From: an uncultured Nitrospiraceae bacterium
GTDB taxonomy: Bacteria > Nitrospirota > Thermodesulfovibrionia > Thermodesulfovibrionales > SM23-35
Length of the DNA: 64,000 bases
Direction of reading: 5' to 3'
Assembly (NCBI GenBank): GCA_963727775.1
Contig: CAVSHB010000002.1
Span: 640,001 to 704,000 of the forward strand
Shown here: in pieces, positions 47,159-56,964 of the stretch
How positions within the stretch are numbered: the first letter of the stretch is position 1
Layout: the number at the start of each line of letters is the position of its first letter
Translations under genes and position numbers: made by a program
Notes under the pieces: model-generated
The model's database searches: none
Told to the model about the DNA's origin: nothing
Seen by the model: only the letters and a program-made list of their open reading frames with translations

Positions 47159-48910
47159 ATGTTTAATTTTTTTAAAATTTTCAACAAATCCTCTGAGATG
47201 AAAACAGAGAATAATGTAAAAGAAATTTTAACGAAGAAATATTCTTATTTTCAGAAGCTTCTTTCAACAAACAACCAGGTCCTTGAACTTATGGCCGATA
47301 TGGAGGAAAAGTTTTCGGGTGAATACCTTTTCGGCATGCATTATATAAAAACAAATGCCCGTCTTATCAGGCATGAGGTCTTGAAGATTATTGAAAACCT
47401 GAATGCGCTCTCTAATAACAGATACCCACACCTTTATAAAATCCATCAAAATATCAGCGAAGAGATAGATAAAATATTGATGTATAAAATGTAGGTCTCG
47501 GTCAGCGATCTCACTGTCCCAGAAGAAAAAAGGGGAAGACAGTGTCTCACAGATGAACAGATTAAAAATCTGGCTCGCTATGCGCTTATGTTGGAACAGC
47601 ATTACGGATCGCCTCAGGACATTGAATGGGCGATCGGCAGCGATCAAAAGATATATATCCTGCAATCAAGGCCTTTAAGGATGCTCGATCAAACAGCGTC
47701 AAATATCTGTGTGCCCACACGGTTTGAAGGCTACAACATTGTTCTCGATAAAGGGGTGATTGCAAGCAAAGGCGTCGGTTTCGGCAAGGCATTTATTCTT
47801 AAAGATGAAGAAGACCTGAAAAATTTCCCCGAAGGGGCTGTGCTTGTGGCAAAGCATACTTCACCTAAATTCGTGACTGTCATGAATAAGGCGGCAGCCA
47901 TTATTACTGATGTCGGCAGCGCTACAGGGCACATGGCATCTCTATCAAGAGAATATCGTATCCCGACTGTTCTTGATGCTGAAATAGCAACGAGCATCAT
48001 TAGGGACGGGCAGGAAATAACAGTGGACGCCATCAACTGCAATATATATGAGGGGAGGTTGGATGAGCTCATCGAGTACGCACAACAGAAGAAAGAACCT
48101 TTTAAAGACACGCACTTGTTTAAGACATTCGAAAAAATATTAAAATGGGTAGTGCCGTTGCGGTTGGTGGATCCGGATGATGAAAACTTTAGGCCTGAGT
48201 ATTGCAAGACTTTTCATGATATAACTCGTTTCTCGCACGAAAAGTCAATGCTTGAGATGTTCAGTTCAGGAGAAGACCATGAGATTAACGATGTAAAAAC
48301 AGTTACGTTGTCTGCCGGTATACCAATCGATATGCATATGCTGGATATTGATGGCGGGATCAGAGATAACATTGCAAAAGCAACCCTTGAGGACATATTC
48401 TCGGTGCCTTTTATCGCCATCCTAAAAGGCATGCGAAGCATGAGATGGCCTGACCCGAACCTTGTTGATGGGAAAGGGTTTTTAGGGATGATGGCGCATG
48501 CATCGTCCGTCCCGGAAGACCAGCTCTACGAGATGGGGAAGAGGAGCTTTTCTGTTGTATCCGGAAACTATATGAATTTCAGTATACCGCGCGGTTATCA
48601 CTTTTCGATGATTGAGGCGTATGCAGGTGAAAATATTAATAACAATTATATAAAATTCTTCTTCAAAGGAGGCGAGGAGATTGCGCCGCGTCAGGCTTAT
48701 ATCGGAGATATTGAAGAAGATGGGATTTAAGGTAAGTGTTAGAGAGGATGTAATAGACGCTGCTCTTACGAAATATAAACAGGCAACCATAGAAGATAAA
48801 TTGGAGACGATGGGCAAACTGACAGCGTATACCAAACAATTGGATATGGTTCTGTTTAATGATGCCGTGGCAGACATGTATATCGAACAATTCATTAAGG
48901 AGCATATTAA
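47159..48910 (+). pseudogene. PEP synthase/pyruvate-water dikinase-like (PEP-utiliser) gene with internal stop, large deletion, frameshift and an IS in its last codons
   Basis: TAG at 47492; most of the ATP-grasp domain missing; QDIEWA..LQSRPL, TDVGSATGHMASLSRE, CKTFHDITRF; tail resumes at 50536-50566 after the IS1380. Confidence 0.85.
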
Positions 48911-50531
48911 CCCAAAAAATGCAGTTGACCTAAAATAATATCCCCAAAGAAATTCTCCTTTCGTATTAGAATCAATAGGTTTGACCGACCATCAACTCTA
49001 AACGAAAGGAGAATAGAAATATGCAGTCAAAATGTAGCACAAACATTGAAATAAATAAAGTGAGGATTGGATTTACGGAGAAGAAGCTGACTGCATATGG
49101 GGGCTTCAGTTTATTGGCGGCATTCTTTGAAAAGGTCAAATTGAGAGGGATATTGCAAGAGGTGATTCCGGTCCATGAGAGTTCGCCCAATGGAATGGGG
49201 ATATACAGCAAGGTATTGGCGTACATACTTCTGATCTATGCGGGAGGCAGCAGGTTTTCTCATCTGCTTTATCTTGGCTGGCAGGAGATTTTCACTGATC
49301 TTTTTGCAGTGAAGAGGCTTCCTCTAGCCTCGACGACATTGGGCAGGCTTTTCAGGAAGATCAGGAAACTGAAGGATGTGGAAGAGATGTCGGAGGGGTT
49401 ATGGGGATACTTGAAGAAATTGATTCCCTGGGAGGAGCTCAAAGAGGACTGGTTGACGTTTGATTCTACAGTCCTTGAGAGATACGGCAAACAGGAGGGG
49501 GCAAAGAGGGGATATAACCCGAAGAAGAAGGGCCGTGGTAGCCACAGCCCGCTTCTGGCATTTCTGAACAAGAGCAAATATGTGGTGCATCTGTGGAATC
49601 GTCCGGGCAATGTGATGTCATGGAATAATATCATTGGATTTTTCGAGTCCACATGGCAGAGGATCAGCGAGCATATTGATATTAAGGGTGTTATTGCGGA
49701 CAGCGGATTTTATCTCAGGGAATTTATCGAGCTTTTGGAGCGGAGAAAATTAATCTATATCATAGCCGCTCGTCTGTACCATCCTTTGCAGAGAATGGTT
49801 TATGCACAACAAAATTGGCAGCAGATAGAGGATGGAATATGGATCACGGAGTTTCTTTTTCAGCATGCGGATTGGATAACCGACAGGAGATTCATTGCAG
49901 TTCGGCAGGATATAAAGAAGAGACCGCACGCGATGGGAAAGGAGCTGTCTCTCTTTGGAGATGAGTTTGATACAGGTAACTATCGTTATAGCGTATGGAT
50001 AACCAATTCGCATGATCCTGCATATGAGGTATGGAAGCAGTGCAGGCCGAGGGCAAACGATGAAAACACTATCAAGGAACTGAAAGAGGATTTTGCGCTT
50101 GGTGGGTTCTCGATGAAGTATTTCTATTCAACAGAGGCGGCGATGCTTATCCGGGTATTCATCTACAATCTGTTTGTCCTGTTTCGACATCAGATACTGG
50201 GGCAGCAAGAAAAGATAGAACGCTTGAAGACCTTGCGGTATAAGTATTTTGTACTCCCCGCTCATTTGGGATGGGATGGCAGGAAGCCTGTATTGCGAAT
50301 ATCCGTCTTTACGCAGAAAGTACGATCAAAACTGTTATACCTCTTTAACCGCATAGGACAATACTTTCCGCCCGGTATCGGTATTTGCACTGCAGTTGGA
50401 AGATGACAATAAAATTCAAAAGGAGATGTGCCAAGAAACAGTGCAAAGATTAGCTTTGCTAACGCTAATTCCGATAATGCCTTGATGGGCTTGTATCTAC
50501 AGGTATGTCTTTTCTATCTGCACTTTTCGGG
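48911..50531 (+). mobile_element. IS1380-family insertion sequence with TTAA target duplication
   Basis: Ends CCCAAAAAATGCAG / CTGCACTTTTCGGG; TTAA at 48907-48910 and 50532-50535. Confidence 0.88.
49021..50406 (+). CDS. IS1380-family transposase
   Basis: LTAYGG, FDSTV..YGKQEGAKRGYNP, ADSGFY, RANDENTIKELK. Confidence 0.92.
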   Translation: MQSKCSTNIEINKVRIGFTEKKLTAYGGFSLLAAFFEKVKLRGILQEVIPVHESSPNGMGIYSKVLAYILLIYAGGSRFSHLLYLGWQEIFTDLFAVKRLPLASTTLGRLFRKIRKLKDVEEMSEGLWGYLKKLIPWEELKEDWLTFDSTVLERYGKQEGAKRGYNPKKKGRGSHSPLLAFLNKSKYVVHLWNRPGNVMSWNNIIGFFESTWQRISEHIDIKGVIADSGFYLREFIELLERRKLIYIIAARLYHPLQRMVYAQQNWQQIEDGIWITEFLFQHADWITDRRFIAVRQDIKKRPHAMGKELSLFGDEFDTGNYRYSVWITNSHDPAYEVWKQCRPRANDENTIKELKEDFALGGFSMKYFYSTEAAMLIRVFIYNLFVLFRHQILGQQEKIERLKTLRYKYFVLPAHLGWDGRKPVLRISVFTQKVRSKLLYLFNRIGQYFPPGIGICTAVGR

Positions 50532-51021
50532 TTAAGGACAATGTACCCTTCTCAAAGGCTTCGTAGTCCTTTAACCCCCGATAATGCATACATTGTTCAA
50601 AGATTTATTTACCCCGATATATTAATCGTATTTTTCAGTTAAATACAAATCACAATTTGTAAAGATTTTCTTATGCACCGGACGCCAGGCGGAATCGCAA
50701 AGATGGCTGTCTGTTTGGATTTGTATGCCCATATCCTGTTCCTGAAAGCATCATCTACTCTAATAGGCGTATAGGCTATCATCGCAACAAATACCAGAAG
50801 CTTAAAATACTTGAGATTGAAGGGATGGTATTTTTCTATTAAAGAGATTAATACGTTTTTGAAGCTAAAAATTGGAAATTCCTTTCAGCCAAGGATTCGT
50901 CCTTATAAATTTTTTATTTAAATCTCAGTCCTACAATAACAGAATATCACTGAAAAAGTTAAGATAGTAAGGAAACAGAAATCAGTGGTAGGATGAAATA
51001 ATATTAAGGCGGGGATAACAC

Positions 51022-51729
51022 ATGAAATTACTTTGGGCTGTAATATTGATGTTTATTAACTTGTCGGCTTTGGTTTTATTTGACGGGGCAGCTTTAGCAG
51101 AGAAACAAAGAGTCGTCTCAGATATGAATGAATACGGAGGCAAGACTGTAGAGACAACGTATGAACCGGGGGACAAGCATTATGGCGATGTCCTGAAGGA
51201 AATGATATGCCTTGATATTAATGATAAAGTGATAAAAGTGGAACACTTCTACACTGAGAAATTTGCCAATGAGAAGGGGTATGACAAGTCGACCGCTTAC
51301 TATGACAGCAACGGCAAAGTTACAAAAGAGGAGCAATTCTATACAGAAAAGTTCGTCAACAACAAAGGTGGCCTCAAGTCAATCGCTTACTATGACAACA
51401 ATGAAAAAATGACGGAGATAGAATCCTTCTATACAGACAGATTTGCCGGTGAAAAGGGATACGGCAGGACAATAGCCTACTATGACGGCAATGACAAAGT
51501 GACAAAACTGGAATCCTTCTATACCGGCAAGTTTGTTGATGAAAAGGGGTATAACAAAACAATCGCTTACTATGACGGCGCCGGAAAAACAATAAAGCTG
51601 GAATCTTTTTTTTCAGACAAGTTTGCCGATGAAAAGGGATTTAATAAAATAATAACCTACTACGACGGCAATGGCGAAACTGCAAAGACGGAATATTATA
51701 TGAACAGCGTGCTGATTCAGACAAAGTGA
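51022..51729 (+). CDS. Secreted protein with five tandem 30-aa repeats
   Basis: Signal peptide (AALA-E); unit K.ESFYT.KFA.EKGY.KTIAYYD.NGK.T with 90-bp period. Confidence 0.85.
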   Translation: MKLLWAVILMFINLSALVLFDGAALAEKQRVVSDMNEYGGKTVETTYEPGDKHYGDVLKEMICLDINDKVIKVEHFYTEKFANEKGYDKSTAYYDSNGKVTKEEQFYTEKFVNNKGGLKSIAYYDNNEKMTEIESFYTDRFAGEKGYGRTIAYYDGNDKVTKLESFYTGKFVDEKGYNKTIAYYDGAGKTIKLESFFSDKFADEKGFNKIITYYDGNGETAKTEYYMNSVLIQTK

Positions 51730-51803
51730 TCTGACCTTTTATTATTTCTATAATGTGATATGCTTTGATAAAAAGAATATTAAGGCATGTTAAGGAGGTG
51801 GAA

Positions 51804-52169
51804 ATGATAAAAACCTTTCTGTCTGTGCTTTTCCCCTGTATTTTCTTGGTCGTCGTAAGTGGATGCAGTTCACTTAACATGAAGAATGAAACAGATGTAA
51901 CAATGGCTCCGTCCAAGCTTCATGAAGAGTGTATGGAATTAGCGCCGCATGATGTTTTATTTTATTCGTTTAAAGCTTCAGACCCTGTCGATTTTAATGT
52001 TCATTGCCATGAGAGTGGAAACATTATTTGCCCTATTTCTCAGAAAAATACCGCCGGGGAAGAAGGTAAATTTTATGCCGATAAAGAACAATATTATTGC
52101 CTCATGTGGACCAATATCCAGACAAAACCGGTCCGTATTACCTATAAATTCAGGGTGGAGAAAAGGTAA
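51804..52169 (+). CDS. Lipoprotein, hypothetical (GOLD-like beta sandwich?)
   Basis: RBS AAGGAGG; lipobox VSG-C; PVDFNVHCH, YCLMWTN. Confidence 0.7.
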   Translation: MIKTFLSVLFPCIFLVVVSGCSSLNMKNETDVTMAPSKLHEECMELAPHDVLFYSFKASDPVDFNVHCHESGNIICPISQKNTAGEEGKFYADKEQYYCLMWTNIQTKPVRITYKFRVEKR

Positions 52170-52187
52170 TGATATCGTATTTTACCA

Positions 52188-52216
52188 TTGACAAATTATC
52201 TTGTCGGTACTAAATT
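52188..52216 (+). promoter_or_regulatory. sigma70 promoter of the kdp leader
   Basis: TTGACA-N17-TAAATT. Confidence 0.7.
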
Positions 52217-52225
52217 AGAAATCAA

Positions 52226-52354
52226 TAGCAGCCGAGATCCATTCAAGGAATGGATACGGGGGACCCAATATTTGGGGCGTATTCCCCGGGAATACCCGGG
52301 GATAGGGCACTTCCAGGCCCGAGTCCGACAGCTAACCTCGTAGGCGTTTGGAAG
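52226..52354 (+). ncRNA. c-di-AMP (ydaO/yuaA) riboswitch
   Basis: GCCGAGATCC...ACGGGGGACC...TTTGGGG...TAGGG...CCCGAGTCCGACAGCTAACCTCGTAGGC matches the ydaO consensus blocks; upstream of kdpA. Confidence 0.9.
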
Positions 52355-52372
52355 GGCAAGAGGCTGAAAATG

Positions 52373-52405
52373 AAACCGCCGTCTGCCGGCGGTTTTTTAT
52401 TTTTT
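52373..52405 (+). terminator. Intrinsic terminator (riboswitch expression platform)
   Basis: AAACCGCCG-tctgc-CGGCGGTTT followed by a T-run. Confidence 0.85.
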
Positions 52406-52514
52406 GTCTTGCCCCTCTCGAAAGGAGGATATATGCAGGTCAAAGGAAATCCCATTTAAAAACATCGAAACATGCGCTATTATTTTCTCAAGAGAGTATT
52501 TTTTGGAGGTATTC

Positions 52515-54311
52515 ATGCAGAACACTGATATATTTCTTGATATTTTACAAATCTCAACGCTTCTCGCCTTAGTAACTGTTTTGACCAGGCCCTTTGGTAG
52601 TTACATGGCGAAAGTCTATCAGGGGGAGCGCACAATATTAAGTCCGCTTTTAGGTCTATTGGAAAACGGGCTTTACCGTGTGACCGGCATCGACAAGGAT
52701 GCCGAAATGGACTGGAAACAGTATGCTGTTGCGATGCTCGTTTTTAATTTTATAGGGATGGCGGCGACCTTTGCCATCCTTATGCTGCAAGCATATCTGC
52801 CTCTCAATCCCCATAAATTTCCCGGTTTTTCCTGGGACCTTGCGCTTAACACTGCAGTGAGCTTTACTACCAATACCAACTGGCAGGCATACAGCGGGGA
52901 ATCCTCAGCCGGCTATTTTTCCCAGGTAATAGGCTTGATGGTGCATCAGTTTCTCTCGGCCGCAACTGGAATGGCTATCCTCATTGCCTTTGTCCGCGGT
53001 TTTGTCCGCCGGACAGCGGAGACCATAGGCAACTTTTGGGTTGACTTAACCCGGACTGTCCTTTACATCCTGTTGCCCATAGCTTTTATAGCGGCACTGG
53101 TGTTGGTTTCACAGGGCGTCATCCAGAACTTCAGCCCCTATAAAAGCGTTTCCCTGCTACAGTCGACCAGCTATGAAAAGCCGAAACTCGGTTCAAACGG
53201 CAACCAGTTCAAGGACGCAGGCGGAAATCTGATAACCGAGACGGTAGTTGTAAAAGAACAGGTATTACCGATGGGTCCGGTCGCCTCACAGGAGGCGATT
53301 AAGGAATTTGGGACAAACGGCGGAGGATTTTTTAATGCCAACTCGGCCCACCCCTATGAAAATCCGACGCCATTCACCAACTTTTTCGAAATCTTTTTGA
53401 TTTTAATGATCCCTGCTGCCCTGACATACACTTTCGGTAGAATGGTCGGCAATACAAAGCAGGGATGGGCTCTTTTCATGGCCATGCTTATCATTTTTGT
53501 CTTCGCCCTCGGCTGCCTGTATTGGACTGAATACAGCGGCAATCCTCTGGTGCAGAAACTTGGGGTCAGCGGATACAATATGGAAGGCAAAGAAGTGCGC
53601 TTCGGCCTTGGCGGATCTGTTTTATTTTCAACTTCAACCACTGCTACCTCATGTGGGGCGGTCAATAATATGCACGACTCATTGACTCCTCTCGGCGGGA
53701 TGGTCCCTCTGATGCTCATACTCTTAAGCGAAGTTGTTTTCGGAGGGGTCGGCTCAGGCCTTTACAGCATGCTCGCTTTTGTTGTGATAGCGGTGTTCTC
53801 AGCCGGGCTCATGATCGGCCGGATTCCCGAGTATCTTGGAAAGAAAATCGAGGTGACCGAAATGTGGATGTCCGTCATTACGGTCCTTACTGCAGGAGTC
53901 GTTATCCTGGTGCTTGTTTCCGTAGCACTGATTATCCCTGCAGGGGTGAGTTCCACAGCAAACCCGGGTCCTCACGGTCTGACCGAAATACTCTATGCCT
54001 TTGCCTCTCCAGCCAACAACAACGGCAGCGCCTTTGCCGGGCTGAATGCCAATACAGTGTTCTATAACCTGATGACGTCGTTGGCCATGATCGTAGGAAG
54101 ATTTGCTCCGGCTATCGCAGTGCTTGCCATGGCAGGCTCGCTGGTTAAGAAGAAGTACGTTCCACCCAGTAAAGGAACGCTCCCGACCCATCAGCTGCCC
54201 TTCATATTCTGGCTCATCGCAGTTGTACTGATTGTAGGTGCTTTGACTTTCTTCCCCGCTCTCGCACTCGGGCCAATTGTTGAGCATATGATCATGCGGG
54301 GAGGTGTTTAG
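52515..54311 (+). CDS. kdpA: K+-transporting ATPase subunit A
   Basis: [32 protein letters not shown]; start moved to the ATG at 52515 after GGAGG. Confidence 0.95.
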   Translation: MQNTDIFLDILQISTLLALVTVLTRPFGSYMAKVYQGERTILSPLLGLLENGLYRVTGIDKDAEMDWKQYAVAMLVFNFIGMAATFAILMLQAYLPLNPHKFPGFSWDLALNTAVSFTTNTNWQAYSGESSAGYFSQVIGLMVHQFLSAATGMAILIAFVRGFVRRTAETIGNFWVDLTRTVLYILLPIAFIAALVLVSQGVIQNFSPYKSVSLLQSTSYEKPKLGSNGNQFKDAGGNLITETVVVKEQVLPMGPVASQEAIKEFGTNGGGFFNANSAHPYENPTPFTNFFEIFLILMIPAALTYTFGRMVGNTKQGWALFMAMLIIFVFALGCLYWTEYSGNPLVQKLGVSGYNMEGKEVRFGLGGSVLFSTSTTATSCGAVNNMHDSLTPLGGMVPLMLILLSEVVFGGVGSGLYSMLAFVVIAVFSAGLMIGRIPEYLGKKIEVTEMWMSVITVLTAGVVILVLVSVALIIPAGVSSTANPGPHGLTEILYAFASPANNNGSAFAGLNANTVFYNLMTSLAMIVGRFAPAIAVLAMAGSLVKKKYVPPSKGTLPTHQLPFIFWLIAVVLIVGALTFFPALALGPIVEHMIMRGGV

Positions 54312-54313
54312 TC

Positions 54314-56380
54314 GTGGCGAACCCTGTTAAGAAGAACAGAGGAATATTTGATCCGAAACTTCTAAAAACGGCGCTTATAGATTCCCTTAAAAAACTTGAC
54401 CCCCGCGCGCTCTGGCGGAACCCTGTCATGCTGTCGGTTGAAGTGGGCAGTGTGATTACCACAATCAATTTTGCTTTTAATGCGGTCACGGGGAAAGGAG
54501 AACCTGCCTGGTTTACGGGAATTGTATCCCTGTGGCTCTGGCTCACCGTCATCTTTGCCACGTTTGCAGAATCATTGGCAGAGGGTCGCGGAAAGGCGCG
54601 GGCCGAGTCCATGAGGAAAACACGTACGGAAATAACGGCGAAAAAGCTGAAAAAGCCTGACCTTGGAGGGATGTATGAACTTGTCCCCTCTGCTCAACTC
54701 CGCAAAGGAGATTTTATATTAGTGGAGACGAATGATTTGATCGCCGGCGATGGTGAAGTAGTTGCAGGCGCTGCTCTCGTAAACGAAGCCGCTGTCACGG
54801 GTGAATCTGCACCGGTGGTGAGGGAATCGGGAGGGGACCGCAGCGCGGTGACGGGCGGCACCCAGGTAATAGCGAACAGTATCATTGTACGCATCACGGC
54901 AAATCCCGGCGAGACCTTTCTTGATCGGATGATTGCGATGGTGGAAGGGGCGAAGCGCCGGAAGACTCCTAATGAGATCGCTTTAGAAGTGCTACTGATT
55001 GCTTTGACGGTTGTCTTCTTTCTGGTGGTGCTCAATCTCAGCCCATTGTCGATTTACAGCGTAAAGGCGATGGGGCAAGGACAGCCGGTGACATTGGTGG
55101 TACTGGTCTCCTTGTTTGTCTGTTTAATACCGACAACAATTGCAGCCCTGCTGCCCGCCATCGGCATTGCAGGAATGGACCGGTTGTTCCAGAAAAACGT
55201 CATAGCCCTCTCCGGAAGGGCAATTGAGGCTGCCGGCGATGTGAACGTGCTGCTATTGGATAAGACCGGAACCATCACGTTAGGTAACCGGCAGGCAGTC
55301 GCTTTTATCCCGGTGTCAGGCCACTCTGAAAAGGAAGTGGCTGAGGCTGCACTGATGGCTTCATTGACTGATGAGACTCCCGAAGGGCGGAGTATCGTCG
55401 TACTCGCCAAGCAGAAATACGACCTCCGCGTGCGGGAACTCCCGCAGAATGCCGAGACAATCCCTTTCAGCGCTGTGACGAGGATAAGCGGGGTAAATGT
55501 GGATGATCGAGCCTACCGTAAGGGCGCTTCCGATGCGATCATACACTTTGTTGAAAGCAGTGGAGGAAAAATTCCGCCGGATCTTGATGGTCGGGTGACG
55601 GAAATCGCCAGGGCGGGAGGAACGCCGCTTATTGCCAGCCGTGATAACGAAATCCTAGGTGTCATAAATCTCAAGGACATTCTAAAAGGGGGGATACGTG
55701 AACGCTTTCTGCAGTTGCGCAGCATGGGGATCAAGACCGTAATGATCACCGGGGACAATCCATTGACCGCAGCGGCCATTGCGACGGAAGCTCAGGTCGA
55801 TGACTTTTTGGCCCAGGCAAAGCCCGAAGACAAGCTCAAGCTCATCCGGGAGAATCAGCAGCAGGGTTATATGGTCGCGATGACCGGTGACGGCACCAAC
55901 GATGCCCCTGCCCTTGCCCAGGCTGACGTCGCGGTAGCAATGAACACCGGGACACAACCTGCACGGGAGGCAGCAAATATCATCGACTTGGACAGTAATC
56001 CGACAAAGCTGTTGGATATAGTCGAAATCGGGAAGCAGATCCTTATGACGCGGGGCACACTGACTACCTTCAGCATCGCAAACGATGTGGCGAAATACTT
56101 CGCTATTATTCCCGCTGCCTTCGTTTCCATTTACCCGCAATTGGAGATTCTCAATATCATGCACCTTGCCAACCCTTACAGCGCCATCCTTTCTGCTGTT
56201 ATTTTTAATGCGATCATAATCCCTCTGCTGGTGCCGCTCGCACTTAAAGGAACGCGTTACCGTCCGATGCCTGCGGAAAGGTTGCTGATCTACAACTTGC
56301 TTGTTTATGGGCTGGGAGGGCTTTTGGTGCCCTTTGTCGGCATCAAGTTAATTGATGTTCTGATAAATGTCTTAATTTGA
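54314..56380 (+). CDS. kdpB: K+-transporting P-type ATPase subunit B
   Basis: TGES, DKTGT, KGA, TGDN, TGDGTND. Confidence 0.97.
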   Translation: MANPVKKNRGIFDPKLLKTALIDSLKKLDPRALWRNPVMLSVEVGSVITTINFAFNAVTGKGEPAWFTGIVSLWLWLTVIFATFAESLAEGRGKARAESMRKTRTEITAKKLKKPDLGGMYELVPSAQLRKGDFILVETNDLIAGDGEVVAGAALVNEAAVTGESAPVVRESGGDRSAVTGGTQVIANSIIVRITANPGETFLDRMIAMVEGAKRRKTPNEIALEVLLIALTVVFFLVVLNLSPLSIYSVKAMGQGQPVTLVVLVSLFVCLIPTTIAALLPAIGIAGMDRLFQKNVIALSGRAIEAAGDVNVLLLDKTGTITLGNRQAVAFIPVSGHSEKEVAEAALMASLTDETPEGRSIVVLAKQKYDLRVRELPQNAETIPFSAVTRISGVNVDDRAYRKGASDAIIHFVESSGGKIPPDLDGRVTEIARAGGTPLIASRDNEILGVINLKDILKGGIRERFLQLRSMGIKTVMITGDNPLTAAAIATEAQVDDFLAQAKPEDKLKLIRENQQQGYMVAMTGDGTNDAPALAQADVAVAMNTGTQPAREAANIIDLDSNPTKLLDIVEIGKQILMTRGTLTTFSIANDVAKYFAIIPAAFVSIYPQLEILNIMHLANPYSAILSAVIFNAIIIPLLVPLALKGTRYRPMPAERLLIYNLLVYGLGGLLVPFVGIKLIDVLINVLI

Positions 56381-56394
56381 TACAGGAGGCTATC

Positions 56395-56958
56395 ATGAAA
56401 GAAATAAAAAGAGCTGTATTGCTGTTCATTGCATTGTCTATACTGACCGGAGTTTTCTATCCGATGGCGGTAACAGTTCTTGCTCAGATCATTTTTCCGG
56501 AACAAGCGTCGGGGAGTCTCATATATAAAAACGACGGTAAGCCGGTAGGATCTATATTTATCGGCCAGCCTTTTTCCGACCCGAAATATTTCTGGTCCCG
56601 GCCTTCGGCAACGGCTGATTTCCCATACAATGCCTTGGCATCAGGCGGGTCCAACTTGGGGCCTACAAATAAGGACCTCATAAGTCAGATTGCACAGAGG
56701 GTTAAATCTTTTCAGGAATCGGCCATCAAAGTCCCATTACCGTCCGATCTGGTGACGGCTTCCGGCAGTGGGCTTGACCCGCACATCAGCGCGGCAGGAG
56801 CCGTATTGCAAGTACCCCGGATTGCACGGACCCGCAATATGCCGGCAAAGAAGATTAATGCTTTAGTGCGAAACCATCTTGAAGGCAGGCAGTTAGGCTT
56901 TATCGGTGCGGAAAGAGTTAATGTATTAAAGTTGAATCTCGCACTGGACGCCCTATAA
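56395..56958 (+). CDS. kdpC: K+-transporting ATPase subunit C
   Basis: YFWSRPSA, SGGSNLGP, VTASGSGLDPHIS, RVNVLKLNLALD; RBS AGGAGG. Confidence 0.95.
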   Translation: MKEIKRAVLLFIALSILTGVFYPMAVTVLAQIIFPEQASGSLIYKNDGKPVGSIFIGQPFSDPKYFWSRPSATADFPYNALASGGSNLGPTNKDLISQIAQRVKSFQESAIKVPLPSDLVTASGSGLDPHISAAGAVLQVPRIARTRNMPAKKINALVRNHLEGRQLGFIGAERVNVLKLNLALDAL

Positions 56959-56964
56959 AAAAAT

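Noticed and set aside
51230..51700. 90-bp periodic repeat as CRISPR or non-coding array
   Set aside because: Repeats are in frame and protein-coding, with synonymous variation
52250..52514. ORFs 52250..52459, 52243..52455 and the TTG-start extension of kdpA
   Set aside because: They overlap the riboswitch and terminator; kdpA has a good RBS at 52515
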